A stretch of DNA of 64,000 bases, from contig JAWXAQ010000027.1 in assembly GCA_034439575.1 (NCBI GenBank), positions 256,001 through 320,000 of the forward strand. Direction: 5' to 3'. How positions within the stretch are numbered: position 1 is the first letter of the stretch; every line of letters starts with the position of its first letter. The notes below the pieces were generated by a model. The model searched no databases, was not told where the DNA came from, and saw only the letters and a list, made by a program, of their open reading frames with translations. Shown here piece by piece: positions 1 to 10,331 of this stretch. Both the position numbers and the translations under genes were made by a program. This stretch comes from Leptospira sp. GTDB lineage: Bacteria; Spirochaetota; Leptospiria; Leptospirales; Leptospiraceae.

Positions 1-41
1 GATTCGATAATATAGGCATCTATAACTTCGGATAGATCCAT
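1..41 (-). CDS. cheA: Chemotaxis histidine kinase CheA, N-terminus only (runs off the window edge)
   Basis: Reverse strand reads ATG at 41: MDLSEVIDAYIIES. This resembles a CheA Hpt-domain start and lies 1 nt after the STAS stop, in the usual cheY-STAS-cheA order. Confidence 0.6.
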   Translation of the reverse strand, partial: MDLSEVIDAYIIE

Positions 42-42
42 A

Positions 43-411
43 TTATTCTTTTTTTGTACCGTAAGATAATTCTAATTCATTGGAAAATTCTTTACTAATT
101 TTGATTTTATCCCCAAAAAAACCGATCATACCAAGGACATCAAAAACCTTGATGACTGGCAATGAATGATTATTTAAAGTTAGGTGGATATGGTTTTGCA
201 AGCAGTGTTTTTTAATATACACCAATAATTGGACGCCTGCAGTATCAATTCTTTGAATTTTATGAAGATCAACGGATAGTTTACTGCCAGTTTTTATAGT
301 TAAATTTAAAAATTTTTCCTTCCAAATCGAAATATATTGAATCGTTAAATAACCTTCCCAAGCTGAGAAATATTCTTCGTTAGTTTCTTTTATCTTAATT
401 ATAGGTTCCAT
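43..411 (-). CDS. STAS domain protein (anti-sigma antagonist-like) of the chemotaxis operon
   Basis: 122 aa with the STAS signature VDLHKIQRIDTAGVQLL; lies between cheY and cheA. Confidence 0.85.
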   Translation of the reverse strand: MEPIIKIKETNEEYFSAWEGYLTIQYISIWKEKFLNLTIKTGSKLSVDLHKIQRIDTAGVQLLVYIKKHCLQNHIHLTLNNHSLPVIKVFDVLGMIGFFGDKIKISKEFSNELELSYGTKKE

Positions 412-421
412 AATTTAAGCC

Positions 422-787
422 TTAAGGCATAAGTTTAGAGATAGTATCCAGTAATTCTTCGGGGGAAAAGGGTTTCGTTAACCAAACTTTTGCCCCAGCA
501 TCGAGGCCTTGTTGTTTTTTTTCGGGTTGTGATTCTGTGGTCAGCATGATGATGGGAGTAAATTTATATTTTGGATTTTCTTTAGCTTTTTTTATGAATG
601 TGATACCATCCATATTTGGCATATTCATATCAGAAACAATGAGATCGATTTCATTTTCGGAAAGTTTTTTTAGACCCTCTACACCATCACCTGCTTCTAT
701 TAGTTCAAAATTAGCATTCTTTAGGTGGACGGAAATTATTTTACGAAATACAGCCGAATCATCTATGATTAATATTTTTTTATTCAT
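422..787 (-). CDS. cheY: Single-domain response regulator, CheY-like
   Basis: ILIIDDS, SDMNMPNMDG, MLTTES and WLTKPF motifs; chemotaxis context. Confidence 0.88.
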   Translation of the reverse strand: MNKKILIIDDSAVFRKIISVHLKNANFELIEAGDGVEGLKKLSENEIDLIVSDMNMPNMDGITFIKKAKENPKYKFTPIIMLTTESQPEKKQQGLDAGAKVWLTKPFSPEELLDTISKLMP

Positions 788-799
788 TATTTACTCCAA

Positions 800-2092
800 T
801 TAATTTTGAATAGGTATAAAAAGTTCTGCTAAGGTACATAAACTAGAATCTTCGGTCGTATGATCCTTGGCATTGCGAATGAAAAACATACCATTGTGTT
901 TATTTGCGATGTATTCAACCATTGTGAGTCCAAGTCCTAGGCTGAATGGTTCTTCTCCGTGAACATCTTCCACAGGTGGATGAAATCGGAAGAAGGGTAG
1001 GGTTAATTGCTTTTGCAATTCTTGTGGAATGTTGCTATATAAATCATTTTTTAATTTGTTTTTAACAGATAAACAAAAATATCCATCGATTACCGTTATG
1101 AAAGTATCAATATAGGAATTATTTTGACTATATTTAAGTGCATTGAGAATGATTTCTTTTAATGCTAAAAATATAAGATCTATATCAAGTAATAGTTTAT
1201 AATCACTTTTGAAAATAGGGGGTTTTAACGTTATCGATTTTTGTTTAGATATTTTTTCAAAATGAAGGATTAAAGAGGATATTTTCTCTATGAGTTCAGA
1301 AGAGTTATGTTTACTGAGATTCACTTGTAATTCTAAAATTTCGACGGCTTTATCAAGCCCACGTAACATAGATTTGGTATGATTGTTGTTTTCTTCCAAA
1401 AGAGCAAATAGTTCACCATCAATGGAAACTTGGCCATCATCTGTTCGTTTTGATGTTTGGCTGATGGTATCGATTAAAGTTGCCATTGCACCAAAACCGG
1501 AACCTTGGGATAAAGTGGTTTTTAGATTAAATATAGATGCGTTTTCAGTATTTGCTCCAGAATTTTTGCGAGCGCTTTCTTTATAATTAAGCCATTCTAA
1601 ATGGTCACGGAGTTCTTTGGATTCTTCTTTTAATAAATTTCTTTCTATATCGATGAGATATCTATATTCTAAGGCTTTTTGCAAACTCACTTTGAATAGG
1701 TCTAAATTGATGGGTTTAATCAAATAATCATAAACTCCGAGTTTCATAATGTTTATGATTTCCTCGGAAGAGTCTATTGCTGTTTGGACAAGAATGACAG
1801 AATCTGGATACTTTTCTTTTACTGCTTTGATAAAAGATTTCCCATCCATTACAGGCATCATCAAGTCAACAATGTAAATGCTAAATGTTTGGTGGTCCAA
1901 CAAATCTAAGGCAACACGACCATTTTCTGCAATTTTATATTTTACATCTAGCGAGTCGCAAATGCCAGCAAGTAACATTTGGTTCTCCTCGCGATCTTCC
2001 ACGATCAATATAGGATGTAGTGGTCTACGAGTTTGGGAAATTAATTTTCCAATTTCATGACCAATGGGATTTTGAGATAGACCAGGCATCAT
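800..2092 (-). CDS. Hybrid REC + degenerate HisKA/HATPase_c signalling protein
   Basis: N-terminal REC (IVEDR, VDLMMPVMDG, YLIKP); C-terminal N box (EIILNALKYS), F box (PFFRF) and G2 box (GLGLTMV). No H-box His is evident. Confidence 0.8.
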   Translation of the reverse strand: MMPGLSQNPIGHEIGKLISQTRRPLHPILIVEDREENQMLLAGICDSLDVKYKIAENGRVALDLLDHQTFSIYIVDLMMPVMDGKSFIKAVKEKYPDSVILVQTAIDSSEEIINIMKLGVYDYLIKPINLDLFKVSLQKALEYRYLIDIERNLLKEESKELRDHLEWLNYKESARKNSGANTENASIFNLKTTLSQGSGFGAMATLIDTISQTSKRTDDGQVSIDGELFALLEENNNHTKSMLRGLDKAVEILELQVNLSKHNSSELIEKISSLILHFEKISKQKSITLKPPIFKSDYKLLLDIDLIFLALKEIILNALKYSQNNSYIDTFITVIDGYFCLSVKNKLKNDLYSNIPQELQKQLTLPFFRFHPPVEDVHGEEPFSLGLGLTMVEYIANKHNGMFFIRNAKDHTTEDSSLCTLAELFIPIQN

Positions 2093-2148
2093 CTATATTA
2101 TCGGAAATGATAAGCATAAAAAAAAATACCTGCAATCTCTTTAAAAAA

Positions 2149-4686
2149 TTAATGAGAAATAGATTTAGTTGGAATACTAAGAATGAAAGTCGATCCAAAT
2201 CCGAAAGAACTTTCAAAGAAAATTGATGCGCCAAGCATTTCTGCAAATTTTTTAGAAATCGTCAAACCAAGCCCTGTGCCTTCAATGGATTTATTTTCAG
2301 TAAATCGAGCAAAAGAATCAAATAAGCGTTCCTTGTCTTCTTCACGTATGCCTTCACCCTGATCTTTGACCTTAATAAGAAGATCATTTTTTACTATTTC
2401 TAAAGAAACATTCACTTGAGATTTGGATTTTGAGAATTTGATAGCATTCGAAATTAAATTGAGTATTATTTGATACAATTTTGTTCGGTCTGAAATTAAT
2501 TTGAATGATTCTAAATTGTTGGTTTCAATGATTAAACTAATTTCGGAACTTTCTATTTGGGGGGTCAAATTCTCTTTGCAATTCAATAAGATTTCATAGG
2601 GATACACTGGACTCATATCCAAAGAAACTTTACCTGCTTCAATTTTTGAAAGTTCTAAAAGTTCATTGATCATTTTGAGAAGTGTCTTTCCAGATTTATT
2701 GATATATTCTATATATTTTTTACTCGTCGTATTATCTTCAGGAAGTTTGATGATTTGAGAAAATCCAATAATGGAATTTAAAGGGGTCCGGAGTTCATGG
2801 CTCATATGTGCTAGAAATTCCGATTTTACTTTATTTGCTGATTCAGCTGCTTCTTTAGCTTTTACTAAATCGTTAGTACGAATTTCAACTAATTCTTCGA
2901 GATGTTCATGGTAAAGTTTCAGTTCATTACTTGTTTTTAATCGTTCGATATAATTGCCCACCCAATTCGAAACCGTTTTAAAAAGTAAAATTTCATCTTG
3001 TTCTAATATTGTATTGTTTTGTTTTTCCCAACCAAGAATACCATAGTACTTACCGCTAATATAAATCGGAATCATTAATACATAACTGCACCCTCGGGCA
3101 AAAAACCATTTTTCGTTTTTTTTCGCCATATCTACATTGATAGAAATCCATTCATTATCAATTAACTGCTTATGCCATAATTGTAAACTTTCTTCAGTCC
3201 ATAATTTATTGGTTAATAAATTGCTATAACCAAGGTAATCTGGATTCTTTTTTGCTTCGAAGTGTAATGCATACTCTATATCTGAATCGCTATCTATGTT
3301 TTGTAAAAGATAAACACAATCCATTTCGGTGAAATATAAAAAGTCTTCCAAGGATTCACTTAGAATATGTGGAGTTGGGTTCGGTTGAATTAAAACTTGA
3401 GTAGTAGAAGAGACGCCAAGTTCAAATAACATACGTTTTGAGATGTTTTTTTCCATTTGTTTTTGCTGGCTAATATCTTCAATATTAAATAAAACAAATG
3501 TTGGATCAGATTCCTTTTCAAAAATTACTGACAAAGTAATTTTTGCTTCAAAAGGTTCTTTGCTTTTTTTATAACATGTAAGTTCGGTAACCAGATTTGT
3601 TTTGGATTTTAAGGCATCTTCAATTTTTAATAAAGTGGAGTCCCGAGTCAGAGGGCCAAATAGTATCCTTGGACTTTTTCCAACTAATTCTTCCTCAGTA
3701 TAACCTGTTAAATTACTCAAGGCTTCATTGATGATTTCTATATTAAAGGTCTCTCTAAAGTTGATATTGAAATTTAAAATGAGACTGGCTTCATGGCTTT
3801 GGTGGAACATCGATTTGTATAAAGCTGATTCATAACTAGTTCTTATCCGAACAAAATAAGATTCCAGTATATAAATGATTCTCGTCCACTCAATGTGTTC
3901 GGAGATCCAATCCGCGGAGACTTCTGTAATTAATAAAACACCAAGCAGACGTTTGTCTTTTTTTATAATCAGTGTGATATTGTAGTTATCTGATTGAAAA
4001 GATTTATCAATATTTAATAGTTTTAATGTACCTAGTTTTAATTTTTCTTCGATGGCAGTAAGTGTGCCTGGTGAATAAATTTTTTCTTCACGGTAGGAAG
4101 ATATACATTTCCAATTTGATTTCCTCTTTTGATTTTTTATGGGTTCAAAGGAAAAGGATTCAATATTGCCCCAATACTCGATTTGAGAAGCATTGGTGAT
4201 ACTCTGAAATTGTATTACCACTTCGGAAATAAGATCTTCCGTTGGTGTATTCATTAAGGATAAACCTGAGATAAATCCCTTCGTCTCTAAAAATAAAGTT
4301 CTGTTTTTCTGAATTCTATCAGCATTAACTCTTTCGGTAATATCTTCAATGATACAACTGTAAGGAGGGGGAGCGTTTGGTGTTAAGCTAGGGATTAAAA
4401 ATATTTGATAAGAAAATATTTTTATTTCATTTTGATTCTTTTCTTCAATAATCCCATTTGAATGTGAAGAGAAATCTGTTTGAGACTTTACGATTTTTAA
4501 AAATATATTATGGTAACTTATTTTTTCAGCAAGTCCGTTTTGATAAAGGATGGTTGGTTTTTCGGAATCTCTTACTGCTATAAAAACAGCTTGGTTTAAG
4601 TTTGCTAAGGTTTCATAGGCGAGTAATAGATGGTCAAGTTTCCTTGTATCATTTCTTTCAAAAAATGTAGAAGGATCCTCTGGCAT
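2149..4686 (-). CDS. PAS/GAF sensor histidine kinase (cytoplasmic)
   Basis: PAS ([21 protein letters not shown]), GAF-like segment, H box [26 protein letters not shown] and GTGLGL. Confidence 0.92.
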   Translation of the reverse strand: MPEDPSTFFERNDTRKLDHLLLAYETLANLNQAVFIAVRDSEKPTILYQNGLAEKISYHNIFLKIVKSQTDFSSHSNGIIEEKNQNEIKIFSYQIFLIPSLTPNAPPPYSCIIEDITERVNADRIQKNRTLFLETKGFISGLSLMNTPTEDLISEVVIQFQSITNASQIEYWGNIESFSFEPIKNQKRKSNWKCISSYREEKIYSPGTLTAIEEKLKLGTLKLLNIDKSFQSDNYNITLIIKKDKRLLGVLLITEVSADWISEHIEWTRIIYILESYFVRIRTSYESALYKSMFHQSHEASLILNFNINFRETFNIEIINEALSNLTGYTEEELVGKSPRILFGPLTRDSTLLKIEDALKSKTNLVTELTCYKKSKEPFEAKITLSVIFEKESDPTFVLFNIEDISQQKQMEKNISKRMLFELGVSSTTQVLIQPNPTPHILSESLEDFLYFTEMDCVYLLQNIDSDSDIEYALHFEAKKNPDYLGYSNLLTNKLWTEESLQLWHKQLIDNEWISINVDMAKKNEKWFFARGCSYVLMIPIYISGKYYGILGWEKQNNTILEQDEILLFKTVSNWVGNYIERLKTSNELKLYHEHLEELVEIRTNDLVKAKEAAESANKVKSEFLAHMSHELRTPLNSIIGFSQIIKLPEDNTTSKKYIEYINKSGKTLLKMINELLELSKIEAGKVSLDMSPVYPYEILLNCKENLTPQIESSEISLIIETNNLESFKLISDRTKLYQIILNLISNAIKFSKSKSQVNVSLEIVKNDLLIKVKDQGEGIREEDKERLFDSFARFTENKSIEGTGLGLTISKKFAEMLGASIFFESSFGFGSTFILSIPTKSISH

Positions 4687-5634
4687 TTAAAAATGAGTTA
4701 ATAGATCTTTTGGTAATTTAAAACTCATAGTGTCTTCTCTGCTTTCTGGAAAAAGAGTCACGTTCGCATTTGGAAAATAAGCAAGTAATGTTTCTACAAT
4801 TTCATCTACGAGAACTTGCGGACTCGAGGCTCCAGCTGTAATACCTAAAATTTTTATTTTATGTTCTTTGAGGTATTCTTTATTTATTTCCTCCCGGCTC
4901 GTGATTCGAAAAGATAAAGGCTTCGTTTTTTTTGCCAGTTGAAGTAACCTAACCGAATTTGAAGAGTTTGGTGATCCGATGACAAGCATAGCATCGACAG
5001 AGTCTATCATACTAGTCACAGCTTCTTGCCGTTCTGTTGTCGCATAACATATGTCATCTTTTTGTGGATGTTCAACGAATGGGAAAACTTCGGCAATTTT
5101 TTCAACAATACCTTTTGTGTCAGTAACTGAAAGTGTCGTTTGCATCAGATAAGTGAGAGGTTTTTCTTTCGAAATGAGGTCTTTTAAATTCACAACATCA
5201 TTTTCATCCTCTACGAGAAACATATCTGCTTCCCCCATAGTTCCTATGGCTTCGTCATGACCTTTGTGTGCGATATATATGATTTGGTGAGTGTCTTTAA
5301 TATTTCTAGCTTTCCTATGAACTCTAGTCACAAGAGGACAGGTAGCATCACCTATATGCATGCCTCTTGATTTTGCATCTGCAACGACTTCAGGTGAAAC
5401 TCCGTGGGCCGAAAAGATAACTGTCGCGCCATTCGGGGCTTCCGAAAGTTCTTCAATAAATTTGATTCCTCGTTTTTTCATTTCATCCACAACTCTCTGG
5501 TTATGCACGATTTCCTTACGCACATAGAGTGTTTCATTGGGCTTAGAGGCAAAAACGGTGTCAACGTAGGATATGGCATACTTTACGCCTGCACAGAAAC
5601 CGCGGGGGTTGGCCAAGTAGATAGTCTCGAGCAA
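4687..5634 (-). CDS. ispH: 4-hydroxy-3-methylbut-2-enyl diphosphate reductase (LytB)
   Basis: PRGFCAGV, IVHN, SAHGV, DATCPLV, DICYATTERQ, SSNS and TAGASSP motifs. Start refined to TTG at 5634, behind an AAGGAAGG RBS. Confidence 0.96.
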   Translation of the reverse strand: MLETIYLANPRGFCAGVKYAISYVDTVFASKPNETLYVRKEIVHNQRVVDEMKKRGIKFIEELSEAPNGATVIFSAHGVSPEVVADAKSRGMHIGDATCPLVTRVHRKARNIKDTHQIIYIAHKGHDEAIGTMGEADMFLVEDENDVVNLKDLISKEKPLTYLMQTTLSVTDTKGIVEKIAEVFPFVEHPQKDDICYATTERQEAVTSMIDSVDAMLVIGSPNSSNSVRLLQLAKKTKPLSFRITSREEINKEYLKEHKIKILGITAGASSPQVLVDEIVETLLAYFPNANVTLFPESREDTMSFKLPKDLLTHF

Positions 5635-5758
5635 ATGGGAACCTTCCTTAAGTCTTTTTGCCAAGATTCCTACCAAATGCAAAGAGAATTTTTCTGCTGT
5701 GACATATTGCTTTTTAGCGGAAGTCAGCTTTTATTCTAAAAATCTTTTATTTATCTAT

Positions 5759-5785
5759 TATCCCATCCTCATAATTAACCGATCA
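5759..5785 (+). promoter_or_regulatory. Possible sigma28 (FliA) promoter of flaB
   Basis: TATC-N15-ACCGATCA versus consensus TAAA-N15-GCCGATAA. The CCGAT core matches; the -35 is weak. Confidence 0.4.
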
Positions 5786-5794
5786 TGTTCTTGA

Positions 5795-6730
<936 letters not shown>

Positions 6731-6738
6731 TGGGATAG

Positions 6739-6801
6739 GAGAAGCTAAGAGGTAGAGCAGGTGGTTGGGGCACTGCTTCTTAGTTTCTCTGTTTTCTTTT
6801 T
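6739..6801 (+). terminator. Intrinsic terminator of flaB
   Basis: GAGAAGCTAAGAGGTAG pairs with CTGCTTCTTAGTTTCTC (17 bp including G-U), followed by a T-rich tract. Confidence 0.8.
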
Positions 6802-7111
6802 GATTTGATCTAAAAACCTGAACATAGTTTTCCTCTCTTTATATTATAATTTAAATATCCTCTTTTTATTTTTATTTCAATCTTACTTAATCTAACGAAT
6901 GCCTAATTGTAAAAAGATAATTGGTGTTATCTCTTTTGATTGTTAGATAATTGAATCGGTTTTCGATAATTCATTTTCAAGCTTTGGGATGATCAATAAT
7001 AAATCGCTAACGGAATAGATGAGGTTGAAATGAGTTTAGGAAATAATAGATTATATAGATTAAGCCAAATCGGATCAAATTTAATAAACTACTTTCAATC
7101 AAGGAATAAAT

Positions 7112-7362
7112 ATGAAAAATATTTCTGTATTTTGTATCTTCTTACTTATTGGTTGTCTATCAGAAAAGGATGATTGTTATGATAAATTAGAAATAAATTC
7201 AAGTGATACAAATTGTTTGGTGCTACCTATCGCTTTGCGAAATACAGAAATTAGATCAACGGGTTTAGCTGACATTATTTTTAATGAAATGCCTTCAGTA
7301 TGAATATGGTAAAACAAAAATGCGAAGGCAAATCTCCGATTTTACCTAGAGGAATAAAGTGA
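7112..7362 (+). pseudogene. Small Cys-rich lipoprotein, apparently frameshifted
   Basis: Lipobox LLIGC; ORF stops at 7303. The +1 frame reads MKCLQYEY (7284-7307) and the next frame VKQKCEGKSPILPRGIK* (7309-7362), restoring the Cys pattern of paralog 8592-8867. Confidence 0.55.
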
Positions 7363-7675
7363 AATGTTAATATTCTACTATTAACAAAGATTGCTTACTT
7401 TCTTCGGTTATGTGATTCGTAAGAAATTTGAATTGAAAATGAATTAGAAAAGCATCTGACAAATCATATTTGGGATAAGCCCAGTTGGTTGCTGAATTGA
7501 GCCCAAAGGAAGAACGACTATAAATAATATAAATATTTATAGTCAAGATATTAGCGTCGATTAAAAATTTGTAGAAATTTTTCACTAAGTATTTAATTTT
7601 ACAGGTGATATGCGAAAGTTAAAATAAAAGCAATATTTTTATATTAATTAAAAACAGAAACCGAAAGAAAATCAA

Positions 7676-8392
7676 ATGAACCTTCTTAAAGTTAGTATAC
7701 ATAGCAAAAATATAGCAAAACGAATATTGTTTATAAGTATAATACTTGCGCTTAATTTTTGTTATTCCTTATCGATTATTTCTCCTGGCATCTCTTCTAT
7801 TTATAAATTAAGAAAAATCGGGGATATACGCTTTGAAGAAGCAAAATTTTACGGAAGTGCAGAATATTCTTATCAATTATTTTTTATTGAAGATTCATTT
7901 TTGCAAGAGATCTTCGATGATCCAAATAATTTGTATTTTGATGAGAATCAAAATTTTGGAAAAGAAAAAATTTCAAACCAGGTCAATTCAAAGAGATTTT
8001 TTTTGTTTGAACTCTGTTATTCGAAAGATAGGGAATTTGATATTCTGACTGATATAAAAGATTATGATTTCCGATTAAATCAAAATCCATCTTTGTATCA
8101 AATTCATTATTCTTATGCATATAGTTATTACCAAAGAGGGGAATACAAATTCAAAAATAAACCTCTTATCGTAAGAGATAAATTACCTCATTCAAAATTA
8201 CTTCTAACGACAGGGACAGATTTCATTTCTTGCGTCAGATCTATTTTAGTTTATGATCAAAAAAACGAGATCAAAGGGAAAAATTCATTTAAAGTCATTA
8301 CATCAAATAAAAATCATTTGGATTTTTATTATAATTATATTCATGAATTTGAAAAATACTGGGATGAACCAATGGAAATTCGTGTTAAATAG
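7676..8392 (+). CDS. Hypothetical exported protein / probable lipoprotein
   Basis: 238 aa; hydrophobic leader ending LALNFC; very AT-rich. Confidence 0.65.
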   Translation: MNLLKVSIHSKNIAKRILFISIILALNFCYSLSIISPGISSIYKLRKIGDIRFEEAKFYGSAEYSYQLFFIEDSFLQEIFDDPNNLYFDENQNFGKEKISNQVNSKRFFLFELCYSKDREFDILTDIKDYDFRLNQNPSLYQIHYSYAYSYYQRGEYKFKNKPLIVRDKLPHSKLLLTTGTDFISCVRSILVYDQKNEIKGKNSFKVITSNKNHLDFYYNYIHEFEKYWDEPMEIRVK

Positions 8393-8591
8393 GAATTCGA
8401 AAATACCGAATTTTCCAATTAAGAATTGAAATAAACGCAAATTATGCGATTTATATAAGTAGTAAAAATGTATATTCTTTTCTAGTTTATGAGAGTTTTG
8501 CCTAATGTGAGTTGAAAAGACTTAAGCAAAGTATGTTCTAAACTATAACTAGGCTAAACCGTCAGATGAATTTATAGGCATATTTGAAATA

Positions 8592-8867
8592 GTGTATAGA
8601 ATGTTAAATAACAGAATACTGAATTTTTATAGTTTAGTCGTCTCAATGATTATAATTATATTCAATTTTTCATGTAAAAGTGAATCTGAATGTCATAAAA
8701 CAGCCACTAATATAAGTAAAAATTCATGCATCCAAATTTTAACGACACCGATTTTTGATAACTTATCTGAAATGGAACGGAGAGAAGTCATTACTATTGG
8801 TCAGTCTTTTTGTTTATTGGAATTAATTACTTTGAATCGTCAAAAAAAGAAATGTGAAACTTTTTAA
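8592..8867 (+). CDS. Small Cys-rich lipoprotein
   Basis: Lipobox FNFSC followed by four more Cys; the true start may be ATG 8601. Confidence 0.65.
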   Translation: MYRMLNNRILNFYSLVVSMIIIIFNFSCKSESECHKTATNISKNSCIQILTTPIFDNLSEMERREVITIGQSFCLLELITLNRQKKKCETF

Positions 8868-8892
8868 TTTTATTTTTAATTAGAGAAAAATT

Positions 8893-9492
8893 ATGGTTCA
8901 GATACGAACGAGTTTATTTATTTTTAATTTTATATTATTTCAAAATTGCCTTTTACCTAATTATATTGATCACACTTATAAATGGACTTTGATAAAAAAC
9001 ATTCCGAATGAATGTTTATTGAAATCTTCGATTGATAGAAACAATAATTTAATCAACTCCTATTTATTGGATAATCAATCTACAATAGATCTAATAGAAC
9101 ATTTTGGTTTGTATCAGAATGGAAAAAATAGAAAAAATACTTTTGTAATCGAAATATTTTCTATGGAAAATATTGAAATTAAACAATTTTCTCCTATTGA
9201 ATCTTTACTATTACCAGTAGAGGCTTTCAAGGTTGAGATTCATTCCGTTAAAGCGTATGGTTATTTTTGGGAAAGGTGGAACGAAAAACCAATGCGATTG
9301 AAAGATTCATATATTTATGAACCAAATTATATTAATACAAATAAATTATTGCCTGATCCAAATGTTTGGTATGTATACTATTTATTTTATATTGGTATGA
9401 ATTTTGAAAATCTGATTAAAAATGAAATTCATATCACTCAAGTTATTCATAATAGTAACTCCTTTCAGAATCGAGAATGTTTTAATTTCTAG
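8893..9492 (+). CDS. Hypothetical lipoprotein
   Basis: 199 aa; spirochaetal lipobox LFQNC; shares short motifs with 7676-8392. Confidence 0.7.
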   Translation: MVQIRTSLFIFNFILFQNCLLPNYIDHTYKWTLIKNIPNECLLKSSIDRNNNLINSYLLDNQSTIDLIEHFGLYQNGKNRKNTFVIEIFSMENIEIKQFSPIESLLLPVEAFKVEIHSVKAYGYFWERWNEKPMRLKDSYIYEPNYINTNKLLPDPNVWYVYYLFYIGMNFENLIKNEIHITQVIHNSNSFQNRECFNF

Positions 9493-9500
9493 AGACATCT

Positions 9501-9627
9501 GCGAAAGGGATTTTAGCGGAAATCCTGCGGTACTCTGATCAATTTTGATAGGTTTAGATAATTTCGCCAAATAGAAAACAATGGCAGATTGGAGCGTAAA
9601 GCCCGTTCTGCGTTAGCAGATTCGCCC
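9501..9627 (+). ncRNA. Flavo-1-like structured RNA / dispersed repeat element
   Basis: GCGAAAGGGATTTTAGCGGAAATCCTGC...GCAGATTGGAGCGTAAAGCCCG-TTCTGCGTTAGCAGA-TTCGCCC. Nested pairings and block order match my recollection of the Flavo-1 motif (Bacteroidota, Spirochaetota). Strand not certain. Confidence 0.65.
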
Positions 9628-9652
9628 AAGGAATACAAAATAAAAATACTTT

Positions 9653-10231
9653 TTATTCATCATCGTCTAACATATCAAATCCGCCTACACCAAAAATAAA
9701 ATCGGCCAACTCATTTAAATTCAATCCGAGGCGAATGCCATAAAAAAAACTGATAGAAGTTTCCAAATGAAGAGGAGCATCACAGCCAGCATTATCTTTC
9801 TGATTTTGTTTTGGTATCGGAACAAGGAGTAGCAAATTCAATGCATCAAATGATTTTCCTTTTTCACGTTCAGAATTTCTATACATAGGTCTATGTTGTA
9901 TCGAATTTTGAATCAAATACGAAGATCCCATTCGATTTCTGTGTTTTCCGATTAAATCAGCGGATAATATATTGATATTTCCATGACCACCTGTTTCATA
10001 AAAACCGATGGTACCGCCTCGCATTCCGATACCTTTTGTTGAAGCATTATATGATAGACCTCCACCAAGACACCAAAACCAAAATGAAACACCCAAAGAT
10101 TCTTTTTCCACTCCTAAGGTGATGATATCTTTCAAATCTTCTACTCGATTTTTAAGATAAAAGTGATCCGTCTGGCAAGAGAAAGTAAATAATAAAAGAA
10201 AAAATAATTTAATGAATCTATGTAATTTCAA
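9653..10231 (-). CDS. Lipoprotein resembling the Leptospira LIC13411 adhesin family
   Basis: Lipobox FTFSC; YLKNRVEDLKDIITLGVE N-terminus and GIRLGLNLNELADFIFGVGGFDMLDDD C-terminus. Confidence 0.65.
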   Translation of the reverse strand: MKLHRFIKLFFLLLFTFSCQTDHFYLKNRVEDLKDIITLGVEKESLGVSFWFWCLGGGLSYNASTKGIGMRGGTIGFYETGGHGNINILSADLIGKHRNRMGSSYLIQNSIQHRPMYRNSEREKGKSFDALNLLLLVPIPKQNQKDNAGCDAPLHLETSISFFYGIRLGLNLNELADFIFGVGGFDMLDDDE

Positions 10232-10331
10232 ATTTTGCCTTCCTAATTTTTTTATATGAAATTAGGATAATAGGTATTAATTTTTATTACATAGGTGATC
10301 TCCGCAATGTAGGGAATTACTTAAATGGAAT

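Noticed and set aside
7367-7585. 72-aa minus-strand ORF and short plus-strand coding-like fragments in the island spacer
   Set aside because: No recognisable family or RBS; could be a decayed gene but this cannot be supported.
9382-9570. 62-aa minus-strand ORF
   Set aside because: Overlaps a lipoprotein gene antisense and the structured element; likely spurious.
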